A stretch of 64,000 nt of DNA from positions 2,914,001-2,978,000 of the forward strand of contig OU015568.1 in NCBI GenBank assembly GCA_907165135.1, read 5' to 3'. The notes under the pieces are model-generated. The model was not told the DNA's origin. It made no database searches and worked only from the letters and a program-made list of their open reading frames with translations. This document shows, piece by piece, positions 11,347-23,200 of the stretch (position 1 is the first letter of the stretch; each line of letters begins with the position of its first letter). A program made the position numbers and the translations under genes. Origin of the DNA: Oikopleura dioica. Its lineage: Eukaryota; Animalia; Chordata.

Positions 11347-13648
11347 ATGAAATTGTGCAGTACAGAGATGGCAGCAAAAAGCGTTATTTTCTTGTTCGGA
11401 TTGAATATTTTCCTGACGATTGGGCTTTCTTCTATGCTGGTAAGTTGAAAGAAGAAGGAGGTAGACGAAGACAAATTGAGAAATCTTGTCTGAAATTATA
11501 TTTTCTTTCTTCAGCATTTCTAAACTGAAAAGATAACAATTAATTATCTCTGCGAAATCAAATGATTGTTCGGACAAATTCCGACAAAACTTCAGCTCAT
11601 TATTATTTGTTTATTACCAAGCGGCTTTTGACATTTTCGGCCTTTCCGATCAGAGATAATTCATTTCACGATTGAGGAGCCACGCTTAAAAGAAAGTCTC
11701 AGAATCACGCTCCCCGTAAAAATTGACTTTTAACCAAGAGTTGGAATTCACGTTTTTTGAAATAAATTTTATCACTTGCCACTTGAACTTACACAAAAAT
11801 CAAGTGAAAGAGAAGTAAAAGAGAGGAGGGAGATGATCCCGAAGATTCACTGCCCGAGATCTACGATCACCAATTTTTTGGTGATCTCTTTATTTTTAAA
11901 TTTTGTTTCGGTAAGAAAATAGGTTGAGGGTCACTATAATTTATAGTCTATAAAAGCCCAATTATCAGCATCAATCTTCCGTTGAAAACCAGAGGATTCG
12001 GCCTTTTTGACTTCCTCTTTGATATTAAAATGATTCTTTTAGTTTTATGTTTACCGTGAGACGCTACTTCAAGTCAACGGCCAACACAACCACCAAGCTC
12101 GTTCAGTCCCAACGGCGGTTGTCGAAATGGATTCGCCAACTTTCAAGGGAATGTCCAATTCAAAGGATAGTCAAGGAAAAATCAACCCGAAAATAATAGA
12201 AACAGACGAGGCGCAACCTCAGAATTCAAAAAGAAAAGCTTATTTACTCGTGACGATGTACAGAAGCGGCAGTACGTTGACAGGAGAAATGTTCAACAGA
12301 AATCCGGACTTTTTGTACTACTTTGAGGTATGCCTTTTTCTGAAAAAATGATAAATAATGAGTGAAGCCACTTGCAATTTTTGGAAACAACAATGCTCCA
12401 CTTCAAAAGATCAAGATGTTGAACGATACTTTTCACTGTCATGCGCCAAATGCTGAGAATTTCAAGAAATATGCAAACCCAAAAGAATCCACGACAAAAA
12501 ATTGCCTGAACGAGGTAAGAACATGTTCACTGAATTTTTTTTTGGAAAATTTCATTCCGTTATTTTTAAGAAAAGTCACTGTTCATCCTCTTTTATAGGG
12601 AGTCTGCATGTACCAACTCTCAACTCGTTTCTGCAAGCCTCCATTTTGCTGGAACCCTGAAGCTCCGGCGACTCAGTGCAAGAAGCAATGCTCCCCACCC
12701 GGCTCAGATCGCGCAAAACTTGATCACATGGAGCGAATCTGCAAAGAAGAAGTGGATACAGTGGCAATCAAGACGATCCGATTCTTGGATTTGAAGCGGC
12801 TTCATCCTTTTTACGCAGATAGCTATCCGATTGATTTCAAAGCAGTCTTTCTTGTTCGTGATCCTCGGAGCATGTATCACTCCAGGTAGGGATGATCTTA
12901 CGTAACAACTATGAAGAAGGATTTCAGAAAGAAAATTCACCTTGAACTATTGCACGGAAAAGCGAATGAAATGGGCGGATTCATGAAGATGCTAGAGCAA
13001 GAATGCGACCTCGTCGCGCAGAACTTAGAGCTCTTGAGCAATACAAGGACTTTGGAATCAAGGAAGACCTTCTCTCTTCGATACGAGGTAGATTCGCCGA
13101 AGGGGGGGTATTTTTTCTAGATCGATATACTGATCACCAGAATAATTGTTTAATTTTTGTGAAATCAAATTTTAAATGTTTCTGATTTCACTGAAATATA
13201 ATGTAAAATTCCAAGATACGTATTAAGTAGGAAGTAACCGATCATTATCTATTTTTTTAGGATATCGCTCGGGACCCGATTAAATATTCCAAAGCAATCT
13301 ACAACTTCCTTGGCGAAGAATTCAACGACGAAGTCAGCGGATTCTTACACGATGCAATCGCTCCGCCAAAGAATAAGCTCGACAAATCAAAAGCTACTTA
13401 CACAACTAGCCGAGCTATCAACGAAACAACCGTAAAAAGAAAAGATAAAGCAGAAAAATGAAAATTTCCTTTAGATCTTGAACGGTTGGAGATTGGATAA
13501 AATGGTCAACCCGTCGGAACTAAACCAAATTCAAGAGAAATGCGCGAAAATGATGAAACTTGCCGGATACTTACCTATAAAGCCCGATCAAAAGAGAGAT
13601 TTAACAATTGAATCCGTTGATATAAAGAGCAAATACGGAAATCTGTAG
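11347..13648 (+). CDS. Golgi carbohydrate 6-O-sulfotransferase (CHST1/3-like), type II membrane protein
   Basis: Anchor exon MKLCSTEMAAKSVIFLFGLNIFLTIGLSSML; 5'-PSB YRSGSTLTGEMFNRNPDFLYYFE/PL; VAIKTIRF; 3'-PB FLVRDPRSMYHSR; LRYE/DIARDP. All introns are GT-AG. Confidence 0.9.
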
Positions 13649-13755
13649 TCTTATTAATCATTTGTTTCCTGCATATCATCATTCTGCCAATAAATTCAAA
13701 AATCTATGAACGCTCAAGCGTTACTGCTCTTCCTTGTTTCCGCTTGATTGAGGAT

Positions 13756-15169
13756 ATGGCTGAGACCACTTCCAAAGTACCCTTTCATATGTAGATTTAA
13801 AACAGAAGTATGGAAAAGAAACTTATTTTTCTTCTTTTTGTCATTTTTTCATCGCCCTTTGCCTCCCGATATACCCACTCATCATCGCATTTCGAGGAGA
13901 AGAAGTTGATGAACCTGTGGTTATGAATGCGACGAGATATACGAGATTGAGTCCTGACGAAAATGATACGCTAGTAGATGAACCAGAGGTTTTGAATGCG
14001 ACGAAATATACGAGCTTCAGTCCTGATAAAAATGATACGCTCGCTACTGAGGAGGTGATAAACTTGGAAATTTCGGAATATACCGGTAAAGCTTTTCATC
14101 GTGGAAAATGGGTGGATGCTATTCTGTCACCGATACTTTTACGTAAGAAATTTTCTGGTGAACCAATGTTTTAAAAGAGTCAACTGGGGCTGCTTAAACT
14201 TTTGAGTGAAAGATCAAAATTTTCACCACCCGGCCATTTTGAAATTCAGATTATCTATTTTCTTTTAGACTATGAAGAGGCAAAAAATATTGCAAAGAAA
14301 ACAACAGTACAATGGTTGATTCGAAAGTCGACAATTTGATGCCCGCACCAAGGCATACTCGTCGATTATACAGTATTGCCTCTTCATAGTCTAAAAAGAA
14401 AATAGATAATCTGAATTTCAAAATGGCCGGGTGGTGAAAATTTTGATCTTTCACTCAAAAGTTTAAGCAGCCCCAGTTGACTCTTTTAAAACATTGGTTC
14501 ACCAGAAAATTTCTTACGTAAAAGTATCGGTGACAGAATAGCATCCACCCATTTTCCACGATGAAAAGCTTTACCGGTATATTCCGAAATTTCCAAGTAA
14601 AATTAATACTATTGGATAAGGGCAGAGTATTCTACAGATCTTGAAGGCCTCGAAATAGACGACGAGTACCGAATGAAAATACAAAGCGAGCTTGATCGCG
14701 AAAAAGAAAAACCTCTCGGAAAAATTCTCGTTCAAGTTGATACTCAACCTGACTGTGATATTCTGAAGGTAAATTAACTGATTATAATTAGTTATTAGAT
14801 GTTGTATAGGTAGTAATTAAATACAATTTCAAGCTTAACTCAACATTTGTTAAAAAACATCAGCTACTTGTGGGGCCGGACGTCAATCCTTACTGGAAAC
14901 GAGTAAATGATACTGCATCCAAGCACGGAAGGCTGATTCTTTCAGGATATTTCACAGGTAGTCGCGGAAATGCAATATTTTTTATCTTATTTTTTCATAA
15001 AGGCGATGAAATTGGTGATATTTCTTGGTGCCCTGGTAATCCAAATTATCTTCAAGGAGCGTTTATTTACGAGGACGATGTTTTCCTCGGAACAAATTCA
15101 AAAAGGTTAGGACTGGTTTTCAAACAATTCTTAATTTCATTTAGGGCTTATGCGATTTGTCTCCGCTGA
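13756..15169 (+). CDS. Type II membrane glycoprotein with a repeat stalk and a degenerate C-type-lectin-like C-terminus
   Basis: Hydrophobic FFIALCLPIYPLIIAF near the N-terminus; two 23-aa N-glycosylated repeats; phase-consistent exons ending ISWCPGNPNYLQ..AYAICLR-TGA. The lectin assignment rests only on WxPGxPN and the terminal AIC. The 29-nt first intron is tentative. Confidence 0.55.
13905..14042 (+). repeat. Two tandem 69-bp coding repeats
   Basis: VDEPVVMNATRYTRLSPDENDTL / VDEPEVLNATKYTSFSPDKNDTL. Confidence 0.9.
14062..14598. repeat. Long inverted repeat: arms 14062-14283 and 14376-14598, 92-bp spacer
   Basis: By manual comparison the arms are exact reverse complements except for one T in a homopolymer (TTCTTTTAG vs TTCTTTTTAG). 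Confidence 0.95.
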
Positions 15170-15789
15170 TTCTCATTTTAAACCATATTACCATGAATAT
15201 GCTTCAGCAAAAATTACAAAAAATAACAAAATATACAATACTCTTCTATGTCTTCAAATATTTTAACTCGGTGCCACGCCGAGGCCATTTTTATGCGCGA
15301 AGAAAGCTATCATTGATAGCCTATCAATAATCCATTAATAGACCGCAACGGACCCAAGCACAAAAATCTCTCTGTGTTTTCCACAATGCATTTTGGTGCT
15401 GGCGAAAACGCCCAGCGGGCATTCCTGCTCCTGGTGGTGGAGCAAGCGCCGCTATTGGTTGCTGCCCGGCCTGCTCCACCAAAGCCAAGGAGTAGAAAAA
15501 GGAAGAATTTTTATTAAGAGAAAGAGGAACCCCTTCCCTTTTTCTTCTGAGTGGGGCTAAGAATAACCGGCTTTGGCCGGAGAAACGGCTTTTAAAATGT
15601 TGAATCAGAACAGGAAAGGGTTGAAAACTCGCAAAGAGAAATAATTCGAAAGAGAAATTTTCTTTGGTCAAATCAAATTTATCTTTATTCAGATAATTTA
15701 TTTGCCCATAAAAATTTAAGACAAACAAATAATTTAATAATTAAATAACAATTCAGTAAGAACGTCATCTTTTATTTGATATTTGTGAA

Positions 15790-18681
15790 ATGAAAGAGCA
15801 AGTAGAATTGCTTAAAAGTCTGCGCAAACAATTATCAACCAATAAAAGATCCCGTATGGGGATCAGTTCTGTTTCATCTGGCGGCTACGTCAGTGGCGGT
15901 GGCCATTCCCGGAGTTTTTCCCGGCGTTTTGGCTGTCCGACCCTTCCTTCCCGAGCTGGAATAACATTCTTTATGTTCATCCTCTCCTTCGCGACAAATG
16001 TCTATTTCTACATTGAAAACCAAAACTTACTTCACAACTTGGCCTACAAAGAACTTCACGAAGCAGTCAAAGTTCAAGAATGCCAAAAACTGCTAGCCAT
16101 GAAATCAAAGAAGATTCAAGAGCAAATGCTCCAAGCATACGCTCACAAAAACAACCTAAACGGATTCATACCCATGCTTGACGACGATGACGGATTTGAC
16201 GATAACGTAGGCAAAGTTGATGGAATTCATGGAATGCCTATGCCCAAGCATTTGAATCTCCCGCAACCAGGAGTGAATAGGGCGCCAGCGTTGGTTCAAA
16301 ATAACGATTATGGGCACGAATTTGACACGCACCTCGACCAGGATTCTTCTGAAGCGCCGGAGCCGGATTTCGCGTATGATTTCGCGCAAGAACCGAATCC
16401 TAGAATCCAAGCGCCAGCGGCACCTGTGGACTCCTGGAATCAGCAAGTTGCTCTTCCCGCTGCTCCTGCGGCTCCTGTCCGATACGAATCGCCAGTGATC
16501 GACCCTCAGGAACAAGAAGACCGGGAAAAGGAACGAGAAGTGATTCAAAAACTAAACGACTTTATCGAAAATATCAACAAAAACGGCGGCGCGGAAGCAT
16601 TTGCGAATCAGCTAAAAGAAGAGCCGAAACTCGAGGCGCAAATCGAACACGTCCAGATGGCAGAGCAGATAATTTCTGATGCGGAAGACAATGGCAGCGA
16701 ACTAGAGGTCGCCGACACGCTTCATGAAATTGCTGAAGAAGTGGCTGAAATAGTCCAGGATCCAGTGATGGAGGACATTGTCGAGGCCCAAGATGACGGA
16801 GAGATCCAAGATGAGTTTGATGAAATCAAGGAAGAGACCCTTGATGAAACGGCTCAAGGGGATCCTTTCGAAGAGGCTGCTCCGGCAGATACTTCTGAAG
16901 AAACGGCTGACCCATGGGCTGCACAGGAAATTCCTCAAGAGCCGGAAGCCGCAGAACCAGCATTTGAGCTTCCAAAAGATTTTGGAGAGCCGGAAACTGG
17001 CGATTCCTTCGGTCAAGAAGAACAAGAAGAGAACACCGAGAACAATTACCAGAACGATAACTACGAGAACGATGACAATAACAACGAAGTTTTCCAACAA
17101 GAAGAGGAAAACGACAATGGTGAGATTGCAGACCCTTTCAGTTTTGGCGACGCGCCGCAAGAAGATGGCGGCGAAGATGATTTGTCAAAAAACTGGGAGC
17201 GCCCGATTGGGATTCAGGAGTCCCAATCGACGAGGGCAGAAAACCTCCAGACATCGGAGGAGAATATCCTGAACCAGGAGAACCAGCTGGCGGACTTCGA
17301 ACCGACGGTAAATCTCTTCTTCGTATTCATTAATATTCATAAATTTTTAGATGGAGCGACAACCGTTGCCCCAGGAGCCGGAGACGAGCTGGATGGAACC
17401 ACAACAACCGATAGTGGAACAACAACTACAACAGAGCACTCAACAACAGCAGCTCAGTGAAAATAGTGACGTTGATCCCCTTAAACCTGTTGTTGTCCTC
17501 GGCGGAGGAGCATCGCAAGCTGCTCTTGGCCAAAGATGGGACAACGAGGAAGACGAACTCATGCCAAATCAAGGGTAAAAAACCATATCTATCCTTCAAA
17601 ATCATTATTTTCATTCAGATTCGGACAAATCAACCCTTACAACCAATTCGGCCAATTCAACCAATTCGGTCAGCCAGTTCAGCAACCCTACGCCAACCAA
17701 TTCGGCATGAACCAATTCGGCCAACCAGTTCAAGTTCCAAAACCAAAGGAAGAAGACCCTGATGAGATAAGCCCCGTTCAGATCAAAAACGTACAATCCT
17801 TGGCTGAATCCGGAGGCAATGCGAGAGACTGCAATCATCTTTACAACCTTGGAGTTTCACAAAACGGAGTTTATATGATTCGACCAAGTCCTACCGACAC
17901 CCCTGTTCAAGCGAAGTAAGATATACAAAAGCCTTATCTTTTTAACTTTTTTTTCAAGATGCGATTTCCGCTACTCTGGTGGCTGGACCGTCATTCAGCA
18001 TCGTTTCGACGGCTCGGTTGATTTCAACAAGGACTGGGCCGCCTACGAAGCTGGTTTTGGCCAAGCCCAGTCCGAGTATTGGCTTGGCTTGGAACACATA
18101 AGCAAATTGTCAAAAGCTGCCGACACGAGAATAAGAATCGATCTCACCGACTTCCAAGGGCACAGTGCTTATGTCGAGCATGAGAATTTCTTCGTCAATG
18201 GACCGGAGGATAACTACAGGTAGACAGTAAAGAATTTCCTTTTTTACAATTTTTCTAGACTTCATGTTGGAATCAAGCGACACGGAGACTTAGGAGACTC
18301 TTTCCAAGTGACTTCTGGCGAGAAATTCACGACCTACGATCGCGACAACGATGGATGGTCCGGAAATTGCGCTGAAGACCTCCGTAAGTTCACAAAAGTA
18401 AGATTTCTCTAAAACGCTTCTCAGAGGGCGGAGGTTGGTTCTCAAAATGCTCGTACGCTAACATCAACGGAAAATACTATCCAACGGGGATTTCATCAAG
18501 AAGAGACGGTATTTATTGGGCCAAGTTTCCAGCGGATTACAGACCTCCAGGTAAAGTGCCTCTTTTCAGTCTAAACTGATCATCTTCTATAGATCCGGAG
18601 AAACCAGGCTACCGATTGAACTCGTTTTTCTACTCGATGAAAGAGATCAAGATTTCAATACTGGTCGATCCAAACAAATAG
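15790..18681 (+). CDS. Type II membrane fibrinogen-related-domain protein (FIBCD1-like topology) with a long acidic stalk
   Basis: TM ITFFMFILSFATNVYFYI; coiled coil; D/E-rich stalk; NQFGQ repeats. FReD: ARDCNHL..GVYMIRP/CDFRYSGGWTVIQHRFDGSVDFNKDWAAYEAGFG..EYWLGLE..FTTYDRDND..GGGWFSKC..NINGKY..YSMKEIKISI. The start may be ATG 15856. Confidence 0.9.
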
Positions 18682-19121
18682 CTGCCAACAATCAACTTTA
18701 TAGTATCAATTATATAATAATAATATCCTTCTTTCTGTATCTATTTAAAACTATGTTTGTTCAAAGCACCAATTCCTAAATACAGTTTATTGAAATATCA
18801 ATCTACATTTGATAGATAACAAGTTCAACTTATCGACTCTCTTGCATTCGAAAAGATCTGGTTATGTAATGAAAACATAAAAAAACTTAGTAAGATTTTG
18901 TGTAAGTTTATCTTGTTCTGTGAAATATACAGTAACTGTTCGATGGGCACACACAATATGCACAATTACCATAAATAATAATAATTGTGTAGAGCGAGTT
19001 GAGTTGAGCTTTTTTCAACAGAGTGTGGATTGTTTCTTTAAAAAAAGTAAGGCGGTATTTGATTTTTACTTTTCATAGGTTTTGGGAACAGGAATTATTA
19101 CAAGGTTTCTTTAGTTATAGA

Positions 19122-20033
19122 TAGGGATTCTCACGGAAAAACAAATCGTACTCAATTTTCGTGAAACTTTCACTCTAGATGTAATTTTTTCCGCTGATTC
19201 CAAATATGCAAAAATCATTATGAAATTCTGAGCAAGTGGCAAGCTATAGCCGATAAGGTAGCTTGGTGGTAAGCCCTAGTATTTGGTTCGTTTTGGAAGT
19301 AATCCTTGAATATTAGTCGGCTAATTTTTAGCAAAATGGTAGCTTACCACTTCCGGGAACTTTTTTGTTCAGATAACCCGCCGTTATTTGTGACTGATTT
19401 GCTACAGTAGGTCAGAGTGTGCACCCACCGAGATTATGGGGCGCGCTAATGCTTTCCGGGCCTCCCACGGAGCGCGTAAAGCACTACCGCGCCGTCACTT
19501 TCAGTCAATCATCGGTTGTTTTCAGAGGTTCTAGGGCTCCCCCGGTTTTCAAACTTATATATGATCTAAAGAAAGGTCTTTTATTGAACATATATAAAAA
19601 TCTGAATTTAAAAAGGTCGGTTAGGGCTTCAAAAGTAAGAGAAACCAATTTTGGGGCCGCGCTCGCCGCTCAATGTACTATCGCGCCGCCACCAAGACTC
19701 CATCAACGGGACATTTGAAGGCCTTCTAGTTTCTCCCCGGTCTTCAAACTTTAACAGACTCAAGAAAAACATCTGTTCTTAGACATATCTCGGAATCAGA
19801 GATTCAGAAGGTCGGTTAGACACATAGAGAGCAGGTTTTCTTTGAATTTTCGAGAAAACTACGCTTTTTAGATGAAAATTTAAGTTTTTGAGCTCAGTTA
19901 ATGAACAAGCGTCATCTTTTTTCATATATTCAGAAGTTTTTCACTGAAATTCTTTCAAGTTACGCGAAATAGATTGCCATCATTTTGGGCGAGTAGCGCC
20001 TCACCGCGCACCGTTTTTCCGTGAGAATTCCTA
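19122..20033. mobile_element. Non-autonomous hAT-like DNA transposon (912 bp)
   Basis: 21-bp TIRs TAGGGATTCTCACGGAAAAAC / TAGGAATTCTCACGGAAAAAC; 8-bp TSD GTTATAGA at 19114-19121 and 20034-20041; internal ~100-bp direct repeats near 19527 and 19723; no transposase ORF. Confidence 0.85.
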
Positions 20034-20266
20034 GTTATAGATAAGAATGAAAATAGAATTGTTTCTTTTGAACTTCACCGACGATCAATAGCGAGATAAA
20101 TACTGATTGAGTAGGCAAATTAAGGCTGTTTTGATTGGTCAAGAAAATAACACCCGTTTCTTGGCCACGGAGGAAATAAGGCAAAACTGAAATAGTTACA
20201 GATTTTTTCTTTGAACGAAATTGCGATTGTCTGTCACTTTTTTGTCACTTTCGAACTGTTGAATTT

Positions 20267-23200
20267 TTAATTTGTGGGTTGATTGCGGACTTCCTTGAGC
20301 TGGGCCAGTTGGGATTCGAAGACGCGGATCTTTTCTTCGATCTGGCACTGTTCGTCGAGATATTGGCGCTTTTCCTGGACGTATTTTAGGAAATCGTCGA
20401 ATTCCTCCGCCTGAATTGCTACTGTTACGATTTTGAATGATGAAAGGGCTTTACCTCAAGCTGGCGCTGTAGGGCTTCTGTAACAAAGGCCTCTCTTTGC
20501 ATACAGTGCTCGGAGCACTTGTCGGATTCGGACATTTGCGACTTCAGAACTTGGTATTTTTGCTTTAGGGCTTCGGTTGTTGCGAGATCATGACTAAAAC
20601 TCCATCAGAAACAATCAAAAAAGGAAGACTCTAACCTTCCGTTTTTTAAACTTGCTTCGGCTCGCATAAGCCGCCCAGCCAATTTCGACCTGAGTTTGAA
20701 ATTCGACTCGATGTCCTCGACAAACAGCATGTATTTGGAAACAATGTTTCTGGGGCACTTGTCCTTGATGATCGCATTGACGCTTTCGCCAAAAGACTCA
20801 TTGTCCCTGTAGCCAAGAATCACTTCTTCCTTCAAGTTCGCCATGTCTACAAAAGAAAGTTTAAAAATCACGATTGGCTTTGGAAATCAACAAAGACACA
20901 AAAATATACAAACTTTGCATAATCTCATTACTCGCGGTCTCGAGCCTGCCAGGCTTTCCAATTACCAAAAAATGCAGAAAACTTGCTTACCTAGAATTCT
21001 CTTCTCATGTTGCATGATGACATCGCTCAAGCTCGTTTCATCCGAGTCCGAATCGTCCACATTATTCGCTTCTTTCTCCTTCAGTTTGAGCAAACCACTT
21101 GGGTCAAAATAATCCTTGGGCAAAAGGCATGCGTCAGGTTCTGGTGGAGGTGGTGGAGCATCTTCTTCTGGCGGATCCGTGCTCGCGCGCTTGATCTTGT
21201 CGAAGATTCCAGAGATTTCAGATGGGATTTCGACCTCGATACTTGCTTGGGGTTCAAGTTTAGGCCGTGAGCTCCCCTCAGGCGAGTGAGGAGGAGAATC
21301 ACAAGGGGGCAAGACAGGAGGATCAGGGAATTCGACCGCTTCTTCGGGGATCGACGAGTGCGAGATATTTAGACTATCAGTACTAATCGGCCTGAAAAAC
21401 GACGAAGAACTCGGCGTTGCAGGATTGGGGTGATTCGCACTTTCACTTATTGAATCTAGAGTTCCACGGGATGCCGTCATTGCCGGACTAGCGGAGGTGG
21501 AACGCAGTGCTTCTTGAGACAATCCAAGAGCTCTGAAGAAAGAAAAGTTTAAAAAGAGACATAAAATTATTTTGAGCGTTTAAAGAGGCTCTGAGTTAAC
21601 CAAACGACTAAGCCATTTGTCAGATTTATGGGAAGGGCTATTTTTAGCTCAATCAAAAACGATGTTCAAAATAAAAGAATTTTTTGTTGATGATCACTAT
21701 TTTAAATAGTCTATTTATAACTGAAAACAAAGTGATTTTAATCCTTTCTTACAGTCAATATAAAGATAAGAAGAAGAATAAATAAAGAAAAACATTTCTA
21801 ATAATCAGTTTTATAAAGGAGATTTCAAAGAAGAAATTATGTGTGTTTACCTAATCTTGTCGGCAATAGCTGATCCTCGTCTGGAACTATTCGGTGTCGA
21901 GTTATTCTCATCATCAGAATTCTTCCTCACGGGGGTTCGAACTTTTCTGAAAGTAACATTTCCTCCATAGGGACTTCCGTTTGGCGTGGTCTCTTCTTCT
22001 CTAAGAATCTCCATACTCTGACTGGGCATTAAATTCGTCGCGTTTAATTCATGATTGTTTCCTCCTCTTATCTGCCCTCGAAGCCCCGAATCTCCTGCCG
22101 AGTTGAGAGCAGCGAGACGGCTTGTAGGAGTTGTTGTGAGCTGAGTCATGTTCTCGGCGGAACGACAACGATCCAGTTTCATTATATGGCGGTGATGCGT
22201 CCGCGCATTGTGAAAAGACGTAACACTCGAGACTTGGGCAACTTTTGGCGCTGGCGGCGAGGCGGGCGTTCCGGGGGTCGAGATTGAGGATTGGGGAGAA
22301 ACTGGGGAGGCAGGAAGGGGCTTGTCCGCAGCAGGGCTAAATATAGTTTCTCTTAATTTTTCTTGAAAAAAAAATCGTACCTTTCGGGCGAAGAACTTTG
22401 GTCCTCGTTGAGGGGAAAAATAATCGGCGTCCTACGTGAATCGGAAGGCGTTCGGAAGTGAAAGACGCGCGGCGACGACGGACTTGACGAGTTTTTCCCA
22501 CCTGAAATTGATCGACTTTGATTTTGATTGATTGAGGGAAGTCTTACCGGAAAGAGAGCCAGTGGAATTGTCGAAGGAGGAAGAGGAGACGGGCGGTAAA
22601 GGCATGCTCGGCAAGAGTGATTCGGGGAAGGAGACGGGTCTAAAACACAGGGTTAATACAGGAAGAAGTTTTCTTATCAGCAGTGGGCTTAGAATTCGAA
22701 GGTTTACCTGGAGGAGTTTTCATGATTTCTTTGATTATGATTGTTGCGCTTGAACTGGAGTGGTACGTAGGACGAGTTTAATGCACTTGTGGTGGAACGA
22801 GTAGTAGAAGGCGGTATGGAACTTTTGTGTAGACTCTGACTCGAGCTGGTAGTGCCCGGTTGGTTCGACGCGTAGGCGTTTCCAAGGCGGTTTGCAAGGG
22901 CGATCGAGCTCGGCCCGGGAGGCGGAATCTCCGTTCGATTTCGGATGTCGGGAGAAACGACGCTGCTCGTTGAAGTCGGAGTTTTGATGACGGGAGTTCG
23001 CGCATTCGTATTTGGAGAAGTGACATTGTTGCTGGGCGGAGTCGGAGAAATGGAACTGTGAAAAGGTCCCTGGATGAACTTTTTTTAAAAAATAACTTGA
23101 TTTAGCTCGTCGGTCAAGCTGAAATTGCGATTGGCTTGTGGCGGCGCTCAAGGGTGGAGCCGGTAATTGAACTGATTTCGTGAGTGGTTCTCTTATCACG

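Noticed and set aside
14284-14375. Invertible phase-variation switch between the long inverted arms (the flipped loop reads YEEAILYNRRVCLGAG..)
   Set aside because: The flipped orientation runs into a stop within the arm, there is no recombinase nearby, and the GTA duplication is explained more simply by a one-off insertion.
15340-15520. GC-rich island with short Cys/Trp-rich frames
   Set aside because: No convincing start or splice chain; more likely promoter/5' region of the downstream gene.
16156-17272. Long alternative-frame and antisense ORFs
   Set aside because: Shadow frames of the acidic low-complexity exon of the fibrinogen-domain gene; the same applies to 7443-8015, 21007-21302 and 39558-40614.
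19419-19718. ORF inside the hAT-like element as a transposase remnant
   Set aside because: No BED finger, DDE or dimerisation motifs recognisable.
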